This document shows, in pieces, positions 1-10,090 of a DNA stretch of 34,424 nt. Source of the DNA: a bacterium (GTDB taxonomy: Bacteria > SZUA-182 > DTGQ01 > JAFGSM01); NCBI GenBank assembly GCA_049472355.1, contig JBLIRP010000038.1:1-34424 (forward strand), in the 5' to 3' direction. The notes below the pieces were generated by a model, which was not told where the DNA came from, did not search any database, and was given only the letters and a program-made list of their open reading frames with translations. The position numbers and the translations under genes were made by a program. Every line of letters starts with the position of its first letter. Within the stretch, counting starts at the first letter, position 1.

Positions 1-1
1 G

Positions 2-2305
2 AATAATGTAATCGATTCCTATACCTATTCAAAAAATCCCGGGAAGAACAAGTCGATCGGGAGATCCCCCGATGGCGGAGCCGTCTGGACGATATTTCCT
101 ACACCAACACCGGGTGCATCGAATGTAGGGCTTGAAAATGTCCCGCCAATAGCACGATTTTCCTATACTCCTCTCAACCCGAAGATGTCGGATAAAGTAC
201 GATTTGATGCCTCCCAGTCAACCGATAGCGATGGGGTTATTGCTGAGTACAGGTGGGATTGGGAATCTGATGGGACATACGATGCTACAGGAAAAAATGC
301 CACTCATGTATTCTCGAATCCGGGGACTTGGCGCATTACCTTGATGGCCATTGATGACGACGGCATAAACTCCACGATAACCGAGACTATCATCACCCCC
401 CCTTCTGAGACATCGCTTGAATTTTATGGTACGCCCCACGAATTCGCAGGAGAGAATATCTATTTTGTTGTAACCGATCGATTTGTCAATGGGAATACGG
501 GAAATGACCACAGAGATCAAGGCAGGGAGAGTGGCCGTCCCACCTGGGAATTGAGAATGGCAGGGCCTGGCGGGCAATATGCGAATATCGGATACATGGG
601 GGGTGACTTCGAAGGGATATACAATAATGCAGACTATATCAAGGAAATGGGTTTCACCTCTCTATGGATAACACCGATTGTTGACAATCCCGATGAATCA
701 TTCACCGGCGGGCGCCCTTGCTCATATGGTGCAGGAATTGGCTCGGATGGCGGCAAGACAGGGTATCACGGATATTGGGGGGTAAATTTCTATACGGTCG
801 ATGAGCATTTGGAATCATCCGGTTTCACCTTTGAGCAGTTCTGCTCGAAGATGAAGGGAAAAGGCCTGAATATTGTCCTTGACATCGTGTGCAATCATGG
901 ATCTCCCTCATATACCATGCCTTCGGATCAGCCGAAGTTTGGAGAGATATATGATAAAAACGGGACATTGATCGCGGATCATCAGAACCTCCGGCCGCAG
1001 GATCTCGATCATAATAAGTCCCTTCACCGGTTTTATAACAAAGGGGGAGGTCTTGCCGAGCTCTCCGACCTGAACGAGAACAATCCGGATGTCTTGGAAT
1101 ATCTTACTGGTGCGTATCTACAGTGGATCAGTCAAGGGGTATATGCCTTCCGTATCGATACTATCGCATGGATGCCCCATTCCTTCTGGAAACGATTCGC
1201 CGATAAGATACGCGAGAATCATCCCGGTTTCTTCATGTTTGGCGAGAATTTCAACTCTGATGCACGGACAATAGCGCAGCATCAAAGGCCCGAGAACGGA
1301 GGGATCAGTGTCTTGGATTTCCCCTGTAAGGATGCCATGCAGGGCATATTTGGGGGCAACGGGAGCTATTCTTCATTGGAAGGGTATCTTCATCTCATGG
1401 ATGGCACCTATACAAATCCCTATGAGCTTGTCACCTTTTATGATAATCACGACATGTCACGGCTGAATGCGGGCGAGAATGCATTTATTGACGCACATAA
1501 CTGGCTTTTCACCGCACGCGGGATACCATGCATATATTATGGTTCTGAGAGGCGGTTCATGGCAGAGAAATCCGAACACCAGGGGAATCGTAATTACTAT
1601 GGTCCGGAAGGTGTCGCCGATGCACGAACGAACAGCAAGATATTTCGGCAGTTAAAAAGGATCGCGAACATCAGGAAAAACAGCCCAGCCCTTCAGAAGG
1701 GGCTCCACGTCAATGTTGCGCTCGGGAATGATACGGCCTCGTTCTATCGGGTATACCAGCATGGAGGGATAAACCAGACAGCCCTGATTCTCTTGAATAA
1801 GGGAGAGAGTGCGGCCAATTTTCGAGTAACGGAGTACATGTGTAACGGCACCTGGATCGATGCCTCCTCAGGAGACCAGTACAATGTCAATGAAGGTGCG
1901 TTGAGCACCTCTGTTCCTCCTCATGACGTGAAGGTCCTTCTTTTCAATGAACCGTTGAACAACGGATCATTCGTCAGCCTGCTTAGGGCAATGATGATCG
2001 GGGCAGGTGAAAAGGTGGCAATCGAGCCCAACCCAGCAATAGCCGGTGGAAATGTTAAGGTCAGCTATCGATCAATCAAGGGAAAAGTCATCGAATGTCA
2101 CTGGGGAAAGAACAACTGGGAGGGCAGAGGAATGCATCAGGGAGACATCCCGATGAGCTGGAATGAAGAGAGGTTTTGCCATGAATGCATGATCACCGTG
2201 CCTGCGGATGCGTCAAAGCTCGATATGGTCTTCCATAATATCACGGATGCCACGTGGGATAATAATAACGGTGCGGATTGGCACTTTGAGGTTAAAGGGA
2301 TCTGA
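2..2305 (+). CDS. Modular GH13 alpha-amylase/CGTase-like glycosidase (5'-truncated by window): lamin-tail-like end, PKD, GH13 catalytic domain, C-terminal starch-binding CBM (CBM25/CBM53-like)
   Basis: Frame is open from base 2 (NNVIDSYTY...SIGRSPDGG..W..FPTPTPGASN, LTD-like), so the start lies upstream of the window. PKD motif (PIARF..VRFDASQSTDSDG.I..Y.WDW). GH13 regions DIVCNH, FRIDT (nucleophile), FGENF (acid/base), FYDNHD. C-terminal HWG.NNW...WDNNNGADW. Confidence 0.9.
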   Translation, partial: NNVIDSYTYSKNPGKNKSIGRSPDGGAVWTIFPTPTPGASNVGLENVPPIARFSYTPLNPKMSDKVRFDASQSTDSDGVIAEYRWDWESDGTYDATGKNATHVFSNPGTWRITLMAIDDDGINSTITETIITPPSETSLEFYGTPHEFAGENIYFVVTDRFVNGNTGNDHRDQGRESGRPTWELRMAGPGGQYANIGYMGGDFEGIYNNADYIKEMGFTSLWITPIVDNPDESFTGGRPCSYGAGIGSDGGKTGYHGYWGVNFYTVDEHLESSGFTFEQFCSKMKGKGLNIVLDIVCNHGSPSYTMPSDQPKFGEIYDKNGTLIADHQNLRPQDLDHNKSLHRFYNKGGGLAELSDLNENNPDVLEYLTGAYLQWISQGVYAFRIDTIAWMPHSFWKRFADKIRENHPGFFMFGENFNSDARTIAQHQRPENGGISVLDFPCKDAMQGIFGGNGSYSSLEGYLHLMDGTYTNPYELVTFYDNHDMSRLNAGENAFIDAHNWLFTARGIPCIYYGSERRFMAEKSEHQGNRNYYGPEGVADARTNSKIFRQLKRIANIRKNSPALQKGLHVNVALGNDTASFYRVYQHGGINQTALILLNKGESAANFRVTEYMCNGTWIDASSGDQYNVNEGALSTSVPPHDVKVLLFNEPLNNGSFVSLLRAMMIGAGEKVAIEPNPAIAGGNVKVSYRSIKGKVIECHWGKNNWEGRGMHQGDIPMSWNEERFCHECMITVPADASKLDMVFHNITDATWDNNNGADWHFEVKGI

Positions 2306-2387
2306 GATCAAATCAGCTATCTATGAAGCAAGGCATTGGATAAGCAGGGACAGAATGTCTAAAGAATAGCGTTGCATGAGACTCTTG

Positions 2388-2503
2388 CAAGGTCTCGTCA
2401 AAGTCGTCAAAAAGAGTAAATTTTCAATGAGATAATAAGAGAAAGTTGAGAAGCAAAGCATAGATTGAAATAATTGCCTTGATCTGACTTTGACGAGACC
2501 TTG
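2388..2503. mobile_element. Possible MITE-like element: 116 bp with perfect 18-bp terminal inverted repeats
   Basis: CAAGGTCTCGTCAAAGTC (2388-2405) and its exact reverse complement (2486-2503), directly flanked by TGAGACTCTTG (2377-2387) and TGAGACCCTTG (2504-2514). Confidence 0.45.
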
Positions 2504-2707
2504 TGAGACCCTTGTTGCCTATTTGATTTTGATGGCACCTTTTTGGTATAAAAGGTGTGCGCATTTTTGTTAGTTTTATTCAAACAGATTAAATCAAAAT
2601 AAAATAATTATTATAGATAATATATAAATTATTTAGATTTATTGTTGCTAATAAGCTAACAAGAATCATTAATTTTTTCGTTTTATCGGCAAAGAAAGGA
2701 GATGCAA

Positions 2708-3136
2708 ATGTACTGTAGGAATTGTGGCAAGGAGGTGCATCCTCAAGCAGTCGCTTGTCCGAGTTGCGGTGTGCCGCCGCATTTGGAGAAGAAATTCTGC
2801 CAGAACTGTGGAGCCGAGACGCAGGCGAATCAGTTGCTTTGCACAAAATGCGGGGTTGCCCTTGCTGGCGGCATGGCGGCCGGGGAGAAGAGTAAGGTTG
2901 CTGCTGGTTTGCTTGGAATATTTCTGGGCTGGATTGGAATCCATAAGTTTTACCTCGGATATAACAAAGAAGGCTTGATCATGCTGCTTGTGTCTCTCGT
3001 CGGAGGAATCATCACCTGGGGAGTTGCCACGGGCGTCATCTCGATCATCGGCCTGATCGAAGGAATAATATACCTCACGAAATCGGATGAGGAGTTTGCC
3101 CAACTCTATGTCCGAAATCAGAAGGGCTGGTTCTGA
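2708..3136 (+). CDS. TM2-domain membrane protein with N-terminal double zinc ribbon
   Basis: Four CxxC motifs (CRNCG, CPSCG, CQNCG, CTKCG), then the TM2 signature KSKVAAGLLGIFLGWIGIHKFYLG. AGGAG lies 6 nt before ATG 2708, favouring it over 2702. Confidence 0.9.
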   Translation: MYCRNCGKEVHPQAVACPSCGVPPHLEKKFCQNCGAETQANQLLCTKCGVALAGGMAAGEKSKVAAGLLGIFLGWIGIHKFYLGYNKEGLIMLLVSLVGGIITWGVATGVISIIGLIEGIIYLTKSDEEFAQLYVRNQKGWF

Positions 3137-3368
3137 CAAGAAGTGACCGAACCAGAGGCTGAGTTTTCAGCTCCATTGATTTTATGATCGGTAGAAAAAG
3201 GGCTGCACAAATTGCTCGAGCGAAACTTCTTATAATTTCGGCTGCTTCGAGCCCTCGTTATATCGAAGTTCGCTCAGCTCAGCCTTTCGGGTTGGAATAA
3301 AATGTAAGGAATCCTGATGGAGCAATTAAGAAATAAGCACATAATAACGGATCTTGGGGGTGGTATTG

Positions 3369-5900
3369 ATGTGCAAGCTCTCATTAATAAAAGAGAAAGG
3401 TTTAAGCTGTAATTATTTCGTTATATATGCGGTGATAATATTTATGACGGTATACTCAAATAGTTGTAAAGCTGATACAATCGATCAATTAAAAGCCGAT
3501 AGGGAAAGATACGTTGAAAATTTTCGCATCCATGGTCAATTTGATATGGAAAAAGCCAAAGAGATTGAAAAAAGACTCAGGACCTTGGAAAAAAATTCAG
3601 AAGGGGAATTGCTTGCTCAAACCTTGTTTGAATTAGCCACGATTCAACGCATCACCAACCAGTTTGAAACAGCAATAGGCAATTACGAGCGTGCTGCCGT
3701 TGTGGCAAAAGAAAATCAGGATACGGAAATCGAGTTTGACGCCTGGTTGGGGGTTGCCAGGTCACATGCCTATGGTACGCGTAACCATGGCGCCGCCGCT
3801 GATGCCTTCGATCGTGCTGTTGCCAGTGCTGGTAATACACCCACCAAAAAGCAATGCTATGAAATGGCGGATTATTCTTCGCAACTGCAAACCGGGCGAG
3901 GAGAGTTGGAAGCTGCATTGTTAAATGCCCTTGAAGCCGTTACGTTCGCCCAGGATGACTCCCAGCGTTTTTATGCGCTTCTCGACACCGGCGATGTTCT
4001 GCAAAGATTCGCGGAAAGTTGTGACTACCGAAAAATAGTCGATGCGAAATCAAATGCTGAAAACGACTCATGGGGAGCCTGTAAGCGGGCGGTTGCAGCC
4101 GCCAGATCCTATTATGAAAAGGCCAGAATCACGGCGAATAAATTGGGATGGACATTCCTTAAGAATGAGTCACAGGATTTTGTCAATCAACTTGATATGC
4201 GATTGTCCCTCATAAATCAGAAAGCAAGATTTGAACATTTTGGACAGGTCGGTGTATTCAATGCACAGCATATAGACAATGTACTGGTTAATGAAAATTA
4301 CTCTTCAGGCGGCTCTGAACTGACAGCGGGTCTTCCCCTTAGCGCTCTTATTGAGGAAGTAGTGCCTGAGTCGCAAGCCAACAACCCCAGGAATATCTAT
4401 CTCAGAGGCATTAAAGCTGATATGGATGGCAATCCCATGCAGGCATTAGAATATTTCAAAAAAGCGACGAAATTGCTCAGCACCGAGCGTGCGAGCCTGT
4501 TTGACATTCGCCAAAGGGGGACGGTGGTTGAAAATCGTCCTGAACTTATACGAGACCTGGGCCTACGGTTGCTGGCGTTTCAAAAATTTGATGATGCATT
4601 TGTAGTGTTCGAATCCTTGCGCTCACGTGGTTTAGAATGGCTTACGACTGCATTTGATAAAAACAATTTCACAGATGCCGAGCGAAAATGGATAGCCAAT
4701 TTTGTTCAGTTGGATTCATTAGTCAGTGCAAAGCAAAATGGCCTTGTAGAAACCGTCATCGCGGGTATCGAGCATAGTCGTTCTCTTGAGTTGCTGGATG
4801 AACTTAACCAATTAAAGCAATTGCGTCGTGAACACCAGAAAGAAAAGCAGTTCCAGTCTGTCGTGAAAAGGCTGAAATCGACTGAGTGTGAAATCCCCAC
4901 GATGACTCAGTTGAAAAAGATTGTTGACAAGGTTAATATTCCTGTTTTGCTTTATTGGGTGACACCTACCAATGTGGTGGTCTGGGTCGTGAGTCCAAAG
5001 GGAGCCGAAGTCAAAACCGTATTTTTGCCGGAAGTAGCTGTCATTGATAAAGTGAGCAAGCTACGTGATTCATTTAAAACAACTGATCAGGATTTCGACG
5101 ATAAATCAGCAAAGGAACTTCATACGTATCTCATTAAGCCCTTCGCAAATTATCTCAATCAGAAACAAGCCGTAATCATACCGCAAGGGCCTCTCATAGG
5201 TTTACCTTTTGAAGCACTGGTTGATGCCGAAAACGGGAAATTTTTGGCGGAAACACTGTCCATCTCCTACGCACCGAATGCTGCATTTGTCATGCGAGTG
5301 TTTGAGGGCCGGGTACCAAAAATTTCCAAGATAACAGCTATATATGATGAGGCGATTGAAAAGAACACTCATGAGATTTCACGAATAAAAGGTGTTGAAG
5401 GTGTCCATGTTAGCTCGCATTCCACAAAAGGCATGAATGCCGAGGAAACAATTAAGCTTTTGGGAGATGCCGAGATTGTGCATGTGTTATTACATGGTGA
5501 GTACAATTATGACGACCCATTGCAATCGACTGTAAAAATCGGCGGAGGAAATTTGCACGGCGAATATATTACGGCGGCTGAACTGCTTGCTGCAGACTGG
5601 CGTGATACGCAGCTCGCGGTATTCAGTTCCTGTGAAGGTGCTCTTGTCAAGACGCGGATCTCCAATGAACAATTTGGGATCTCCTGGGCCTTGCTCGCCG
5701 GGAGTGTTGAACATTTGATTTTGAGTCGCTGGTGTGTTAATGCAGAGAGCAATGCTGTCTGGATGGAAACGTTTTATAAGAGTATGGCAGTGGAGAAGAT
5801 GTCTCCAGCGCTGGCAGCTAATGCTGCCATGCGTAAGATGATCAAAAGTGATAAGCGGCACCCCTATTACTGGGCCGGTCCGCAAGTATTTGGAAGGTAG
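3369..5900 (+). CDS. TPR + CHAT (caspase-like, clan CD) protease with N-terminal signal peptide/anchor
   Basis: Helical TPR-like N-terminal half. CHAT motifs LHTYLIKP, IIPQGPLIGLPFEAL, catalytic His (VHVLLHG), catalytic Cys (VFSSCEG), LSRW.V, HPYYWAG. Hydrophobic YFVIYAVIIFMTVYSNSCKA near the N-terminus. Exact start uncertain (3354 TTG or 3369 ATG). Confidence 0.88.
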   Translation: MCKLSLIKEKGLSCNYFVIYAVIIFMTVYSNSCKADTIDQLKADRERYVENFRIHGQFDMEKAKEIEKRLRTLEKNSEGELLAQTLFELATIQRITNQFETAIGNYERAAVVAKENQDTEIEFDAWLGVARSHAYGTRNHGAAADAFDRAVASAGNTPTKKQCYEMADYSSQLQTGRGELEAALLNALEAVTFAQDDSQRFYALLDTGDVLQRFAESCDYRKIVDAKSNAENDSWGACKRAVAAARSYYEKARITANKLGWTFLKNESQDFVNQLDMRLSLINQKARFEHFGQVGVFNAQHIDNVLVNENYSSGGSELTAGLPLSALIEEVVPESQANNPRNIYLRGIKADMDGNPMQALEYFKKATKLLSTERASLFDIRQRGTVVENRPELIRDLGLRLLAFQKFDDAFVVFESLRSRGLEWLTTAFDKNNFTDAERKWIANFVQLDSLVSAKQNGLVETVIAGIEHSRSLELLDELNQLKQLRREHQKEKQFQSVVKRLKSTECEIPTMTQLKKIVDKVNIPVLLYWVTPTNVVVWVVSPKGAEVKTVFLPEVAVIDKVSKLRDSFKTTDQDFDDKSAKELHTYLIKPFANYLNQKQAVIIPQGPLIGLPFEALVDAENGKFLAETLSISYAPNAAFVMRVFEGRVPKISKITAIYDEAIEKNTHEISRIKGVEGVHVSSHSTKGMNAEETIKLLGDAEIVHVLLHGEYNYDDPLQSTVKIGGGNLHGEYITAAELLAADWRDTQLAVFSSCEGALVKTRISNEQFGISWALLAGSVEHLILSRWCVNAESNAVWMETFYKSMAVEKMSPALAANAAMRKMIKSDKRHPYYWAGPQVFGR

Positions 5901-5908
5901 GTGGCAAT

Positions 5909-7423
5909 GTGGAGATCTTTTCTAATTTAAAAAACGTTGGCGGGATGTTGGCAACGGTAGCGACTCTTGTCTATGTTTCCGGTTATCTGGCTCTACGCGC
6001 CAGGGCTTTCACCCTGGGTATTGATCCGGTATTTACACTGGCTTATGAAGGTTATGTTTTTGCGGGATTTCGCTTTCTGTTCATTTCGTTAATTATCTTG
6101 TTAATATTGAGCCCTATTATTCTTGCTGTACGTTCTGGCGCTTTGTGGATGAGCAAGCGTGTTCCTGGCACATTGCTTAATACTGGTCAATGGTTGCTTT
6201 TGGTTTTGTTGGCGATATGCACCCTGTATATTACGTTTAGGATTTTAAGCGTTAACGGGGTGCTGCTGCGGGGAAAAAACAATGGATGGAATTCGTTGCT
6301 GGAGAGGGCTGTAATTGGTGGAGAACCGGCTGTTGCCTTAATGTTTGCAGTGTTGTTTTTGACTGCACTTTCAGTTCTTTGGCTAAAAATGCGTCTGCCG
6401 GCAGTTAATGATTCGTTCACCTGGATGCTGGGCATTGTCGTGACAATACAAATATTTTTATTACCTATCTTCCATGGTTCGTTGTATGCGGATCGCAAGG
6501 TCCGTGTACTGGCAGCTACCCCCGAGGCCGTGAAGGACTTCAAGGAGCCCTTGGGCATAGTCGATCGCACCAGCGATCACGTGACGTTATTGGGCGTGGA
6601 TAAAAATGATGAACGGAGGTTAGTCACCATCAAGATTGATGATTTAAATGGTATCCCGGTAAAAAATATCGTCAGCTTAAAGAAGTTTATTCAAAATGAG
6701 CTTGCTCATGCTCAGGAAAAAGGGGGGAGATTCGTACCTGAAAAAACAGGTCAAGAAGATATGACATCAAAAAATGAAGCCTATGTTGATAAAGGGTTTT
6801 TCAAACAATTAATTGATTACTTACATGTGACTTTTGAGAATATAGGTTCCTTGGGTGACAGTGTTGTCGCACACGGTCAGATTTGGTTAGTGGAGTTTGA
6901 TACATCAGGAAGGCCTGCCAAACCGAGAAAAATTAGTGCGGTAAGTAACCTTGCCTGGCCTATTCTTGACCCCAAAGATCAGACTATCTATGCTATACAG
7001 CAAGACCGGATTGTTCAACTTGGCGATGATGGACAGTCGATAACCGAGGTGGACAAACAAAAGCAATGGATCAAGCTTTTCGGTGTAACAGAACACGGTG
7101 ATGTGCTGGGCATGATATATGAAGATGGTGAAAGTATACTTGCCACACTGCACGCCGATGGAAAAATAACACTAAGTCCTGCCCCGCAGTCTGATGAGGA
7201 ACAAGAGCAAAAATCGATACTGGAACAAGAGCACCGGGCTTACGCAGGTAACAGATCCTTGTATGTGAAAAGATCGACTCGTGGTGGTCGCGGATTCGAT
7301 GTATTCTTTAAAAGAGGAGAAGATGTTTTTAACTTGAGTGACTGTGGCGATGATCGATGCGGGCAACCCTCTTTTTCTCCTGATTTTCGAAGAGCGTTAT
7401 ATGTTCGTAAATCGCGTTTTTAA
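5909..7423 (+). CDS. Hypothetical membrane protein: about 5 TM helices plus C-terminal soluble region ending in TolB/PD40-like propeller blades
   Basis: 504-aa ORF starting 8 nt after the CHAT stop. Five long hydrophobic stretches in the first ~190 aa. C-terminal LAWPILDPKDQTIY and GQPSFSPDFRRALYV resemble PD40 blades. Confidence 0.75.
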   Translation: MEIFSNLKNVGGMLATVATLVYVSGYLALRARAFTLGIDPVFTLAYEGYVFAGFRFLFISLIILLILSPIILAVRSGALWMSKRVPGTLLNTGQWLLLVLLAICTLYITFRILSVNGVLLRGKNNGWNSLLERAVIGGEPAVALMFAVLFLTALSVLWLKMRLPAVNDSFTWMLGIVVTIQIFLLPIFHGSLYADRKVRVLAATPEAVKDFKEPLGIVDRTSDHVTLLGVDKNDERRLVTIKIDDLNGIPVKNIVSLKKFIQNELAHAQEKGGRFVPEKTGQEDMTSKNEAYVDKGFFKQLIDYLHVTFENIGSLGDSVVAHGQIWLVEFDTSGRPAKPRKISAVSNLAWPILDPKDQTIYAIQQDRIVQLGDDGQSITEVDKQKQWIKLFGVTEHGDVLGMIYEDGESILATLHADGKITLSPAPQSDEEQEQKSILEQEHRAYAGNRSLYVKRSTRGGRGFDVFFKRGEDVFNLSDCGDDRCGQPSFSPDFRRALYVRKSRF

Positions 7424-7756
7424 TCCTCATCTGATAGAGCTGTGATTGGTAGTAGCTGTCGTCAGACCGAGATGACCAACTTAAATAATAAGTTACATCT
7501 GATGCTTGATGAAATGTTTGTCATTTTTGCCATGATAGTTGGGAGACAGGAAAAGATATTTGCTTTTGGCGAGTCAGATAATTTCTTCTCACATTTTGGA
7601 TGCCTTTGCCTAAGGAGGAATTAAAACTGTGGCAATTTCTTAATGCTGCGACAGGAGTTACAGGGTCAATGGAACTACTATTGTGTTTGTGGCAACTATG
7701 AGATGAAGGGAAATCAACAACAATTATAATTTATTACATAATTCGGAAGATATGGT

Positions 7757-9439
7757 ATGAACGATTTCTTATCCGGCGATAATTTACATTTAATCCAAGA
7801 TGATTTTGAGAGCAAAGTAGCCCGGCTATCCGCACTCTATGATATTTCACGGGATATTAACTCCATTTTTGACAGAGATGAATTGTTAAGATCGATTCTG
7901 CAAAAGGCCAAAAGGTTATTGAATGTTGAGGGTGCTTCTATTATCTTCTGGGACCAGAAGGAGAGGATGTTCTATTTCCCTGTGGTTGTTGAGGAAACAG
8001 AGGAAAGAGAGAGACGATTAAGGCAGCTCCGTTTTCCCGATAATTCGGGTGTTGCCGGTTGGGTCTTTCGTGAGGATAAACCTCTTTTGGTTCAAGATGT
8101 CAGCAAGGATGACCGTTTTTATAAAGAAATAGATAAATGCACCGATTGCGAAACGAAATCGATTTTATGTGTGCCTTTACATGGAAGAAAGGGGATATTT
8201 GGTGTCATTGAGGCGGTCAATAAGAAAAGTGGAGAATTCACTGATGACGATGAGCTCCTTTTAACCGCCATGGCAGATAATATTGCAACTTCAATAGAGA
8301 AGGCGAATCTCTATTATGATTTACAAAAGGCCTACTATGATTTACAAAAGGCCGAAGCCCTTCTGAGGAGACAAAATGCCCAATTGAAGAGATCTGTCAG
8401 GCAAAAATACAGCTTTGAAAATATCATCGGTATCAGTGAAGAGATTATGGATGTTATCAATAAGGCAGCACAGGTTTCCCTGACGGATGCTACCGTATTG
8501 GTCGTCGGAGAGACAGGGACTGGCAAGGAATTGATAACACAATCAATCCATAATTCCAGTTCCCGCGCCCTTAATAATTTCGTTGCCATAAACTGCGGTG
8601 CAATTCCTGAGAACTTGCTGGAAAGTGAGTTGTTCGGCCACGAAAAAGGGGCTTTTACCGATGCCACTCAGCGAAGAATTGGCCGATTTGAGGAGGCGGA
8701 TGGGGGGACACTTTTTTTGGATGAAATCGGCGATATGCCGCTGAGCCTACAGATCAAGCTATTACGCGTTTTACAGGACGGCGTTTTCCAGCGTATAGGC
8801 AGTAATCAGGATATCCCTGTAGATGTCAGGGTTATAGCGGCTACCAATCAGGATTTGGACATATTGGCAAAGAAGGGGATATTCCGTCAGGATTTATACT
8901 TTCGCCTTAATGTATTTGAATTGAAAATACCGCCCCTGCGAGAGCGGAGGGAAGACATTCCCCTCCTTATCCAACAATTCATAAGACTATATTCTAAAGA
9001 ATATGGTAAAAAGATCCTCGGTATAGAAATTGCCGCCCTTAATAATCTCTGCAAGTATGACTACCCAGGAAATGTAAGGGAACTGGAGAATATAATCGAG
9101 AGTGCTACAATCTTGTGCAAAAAGAATCTGATAGGGATTTGTGATCTTCCCCATAAGGTGAGTAATCTGAAGTCCCCCGGTACAATCCCAACAGCGCATG
9201 AGGATTTTTCCACCATCCCCAGAAACAATAAGGAATTAAAGGCTGCCAAGGCAGTGTCTCGAAAGAAGTCGGATGAAAGGATCGAAAGGCTGTTTCTGAC
9301 AGAACTCCTTACTCGTACGAGAGGTAATGTAACAGAAGCAGCCGGACAATCAGAAATGAATCGATCCTGGTTATCACAGCTAATCAATAAGCATAAATTG
9401 GATTTAAAGCAATTTCGAACGATTGCTCAGAAACCATAG
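7757..9439 (+). CDS. Sigma54-dependent enhancer-binding protein, GAF-AAA+-HTH (NifA/FhlA-like architecture)
   Basis: GAF domain (SGVAGWV...SILCVPL...GVIEAVNK), Walker [24 protein letters not shown] (GAFTGA variant), Walker [29 protein letters not shown]-terminal Fis-like HTH (GNVTEAA...NRSWL). Confidence 0.95.
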   Translation: MNDFLSGDNLHLIQDDFESKVARLSALYDISRDINSIFDRDELLRSILQKAKRLLNVEGASIIFWDQKERMFYFPVVVEETEERERRLRQLRFPDNSGVAGWVFREDKPLLVQDVSKDDRFYKEIDKCTDCETKSILCVPLHGRKGIFGVIEAVNKKSGEFTDDDELLLTAMADNIATSIEKANLYYDLQKAYYDLQKAEALLRRQNAQLKRSVRQKYSFENIIGISEEIMDVINKAAQVSLTDATVLVVGETGTGKELITQSIHNSSSRALNNFVAINCGAIPENLLESELFGHEKGAFTDATQRRIGRFEEADGGTLFLDEIGDMPLSLQIKLLRVLQDGVFQRIGSNQDIPVDVRVIAATNQDLDILAKKGIFRQDLYFRLNVFELKIPPLRERREDIPLLIQQFIRLYSKEYGKKILGIEIAALNNLCKYDYPGNVRELENIIESATILCKKNLIGICDLPHKVSNLKSPGTIPTAHEDFSTIPRNNKELKAAKAVSRKKSDERIERLFLTELLTRTRGNVTEAAGQSEMNRSWLSQLINKHKLDLKQFRTIAQKP

Positions 9440-9550
9440 AGTACATTCAGTGAAATAATCTCATGAAATGGATAAACGTGAGGCACTCCCTCTGCTCCTG
9501 GCGACAGATCCTGAGTTTGGTCCTTATCGAGCCATCGGTTAAAGATGGAA

Positions 9551-9584
9551 ACGGCGTGAAGGATGTAAATACCCTTCACGCCGT
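9551..9584 (-). terminator. Hairpin, probable terminator between convergent genes
   Basis: Perfect 12-bp stem ACGGCGTGAAGG / CCTTCACGCCGT with 10-nt loop, followed by TTCCATCTTT on the minus strand. Confidence 0.6.
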
Positions 9585-9649
9585 CTATGACATAACCAAG
9601 GCTAATCAGGAAGCAGAATTATTCAATATGGTGGTATCCTTGATATCTG

Positions 9650-9877
9650 TTAGCACCAGCACCAGAGCCTACCGTTATGGACAATACAGCAGGGACTATG
9701 GCCTGTTTTGCATATGATTGTAGCAGTTGTCATATGACTGACTTCGCCCTGAAACTTGCAGTCACCCTCATTATTTCCGAGTTTCTTCCCATGTATCTTT
9801 AATCCTTGCCCATGGGGTTCAACGTTAATAATCTCTCCCTCGTCATTTAAAGTCAGAGTAACCTTTACCTCTTTCAT
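9650..9877 (-). CDS. Small (75 aa) Cys-rich hypothetical protein ending SPCCIVHNGRLWCWC
   Basis: Strong SD (GAAAGGAG) 8 nt before ATG, co-oriented downstream of the FecR-barrel gene, followed by a hairpin. Six Cys, no signal peptide. Confidence 0.75.
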   Translation of the reverse strand: MKEVKVTLTLNDEGEIINVEPHGQGLKIHGKKLGNNEGDCKFQGEVSHMTTATIICKTGHSPCCIVHNGRLWCWC

Positions 9878-10090
9878 GGTCCGTTCTCCTTTCCCCGTTC
9901 CATAAACTGCCTTAAAAAATTCCTTCCTATTCCTTCCTAACCTCTTGCCTCATTAATTACCTCTTGCATCACCTCCCTTTTTCTGGCATGCCTCGGATCC
10001 CCATGCCCTTCTTGTTTATATAGGAGCCTTTGTCTAATTGCTTATTTTTATGATCATTAATCATTAATTGTAGTCGACAGATCATAACGG

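Noticed and set aside
2533..2560. TGGCAC as a sigma54 promoter
   Set aside because: Lacks GC at the -12 position; better read as a GCACCTTTT/AAAAGGTGT hairpin.
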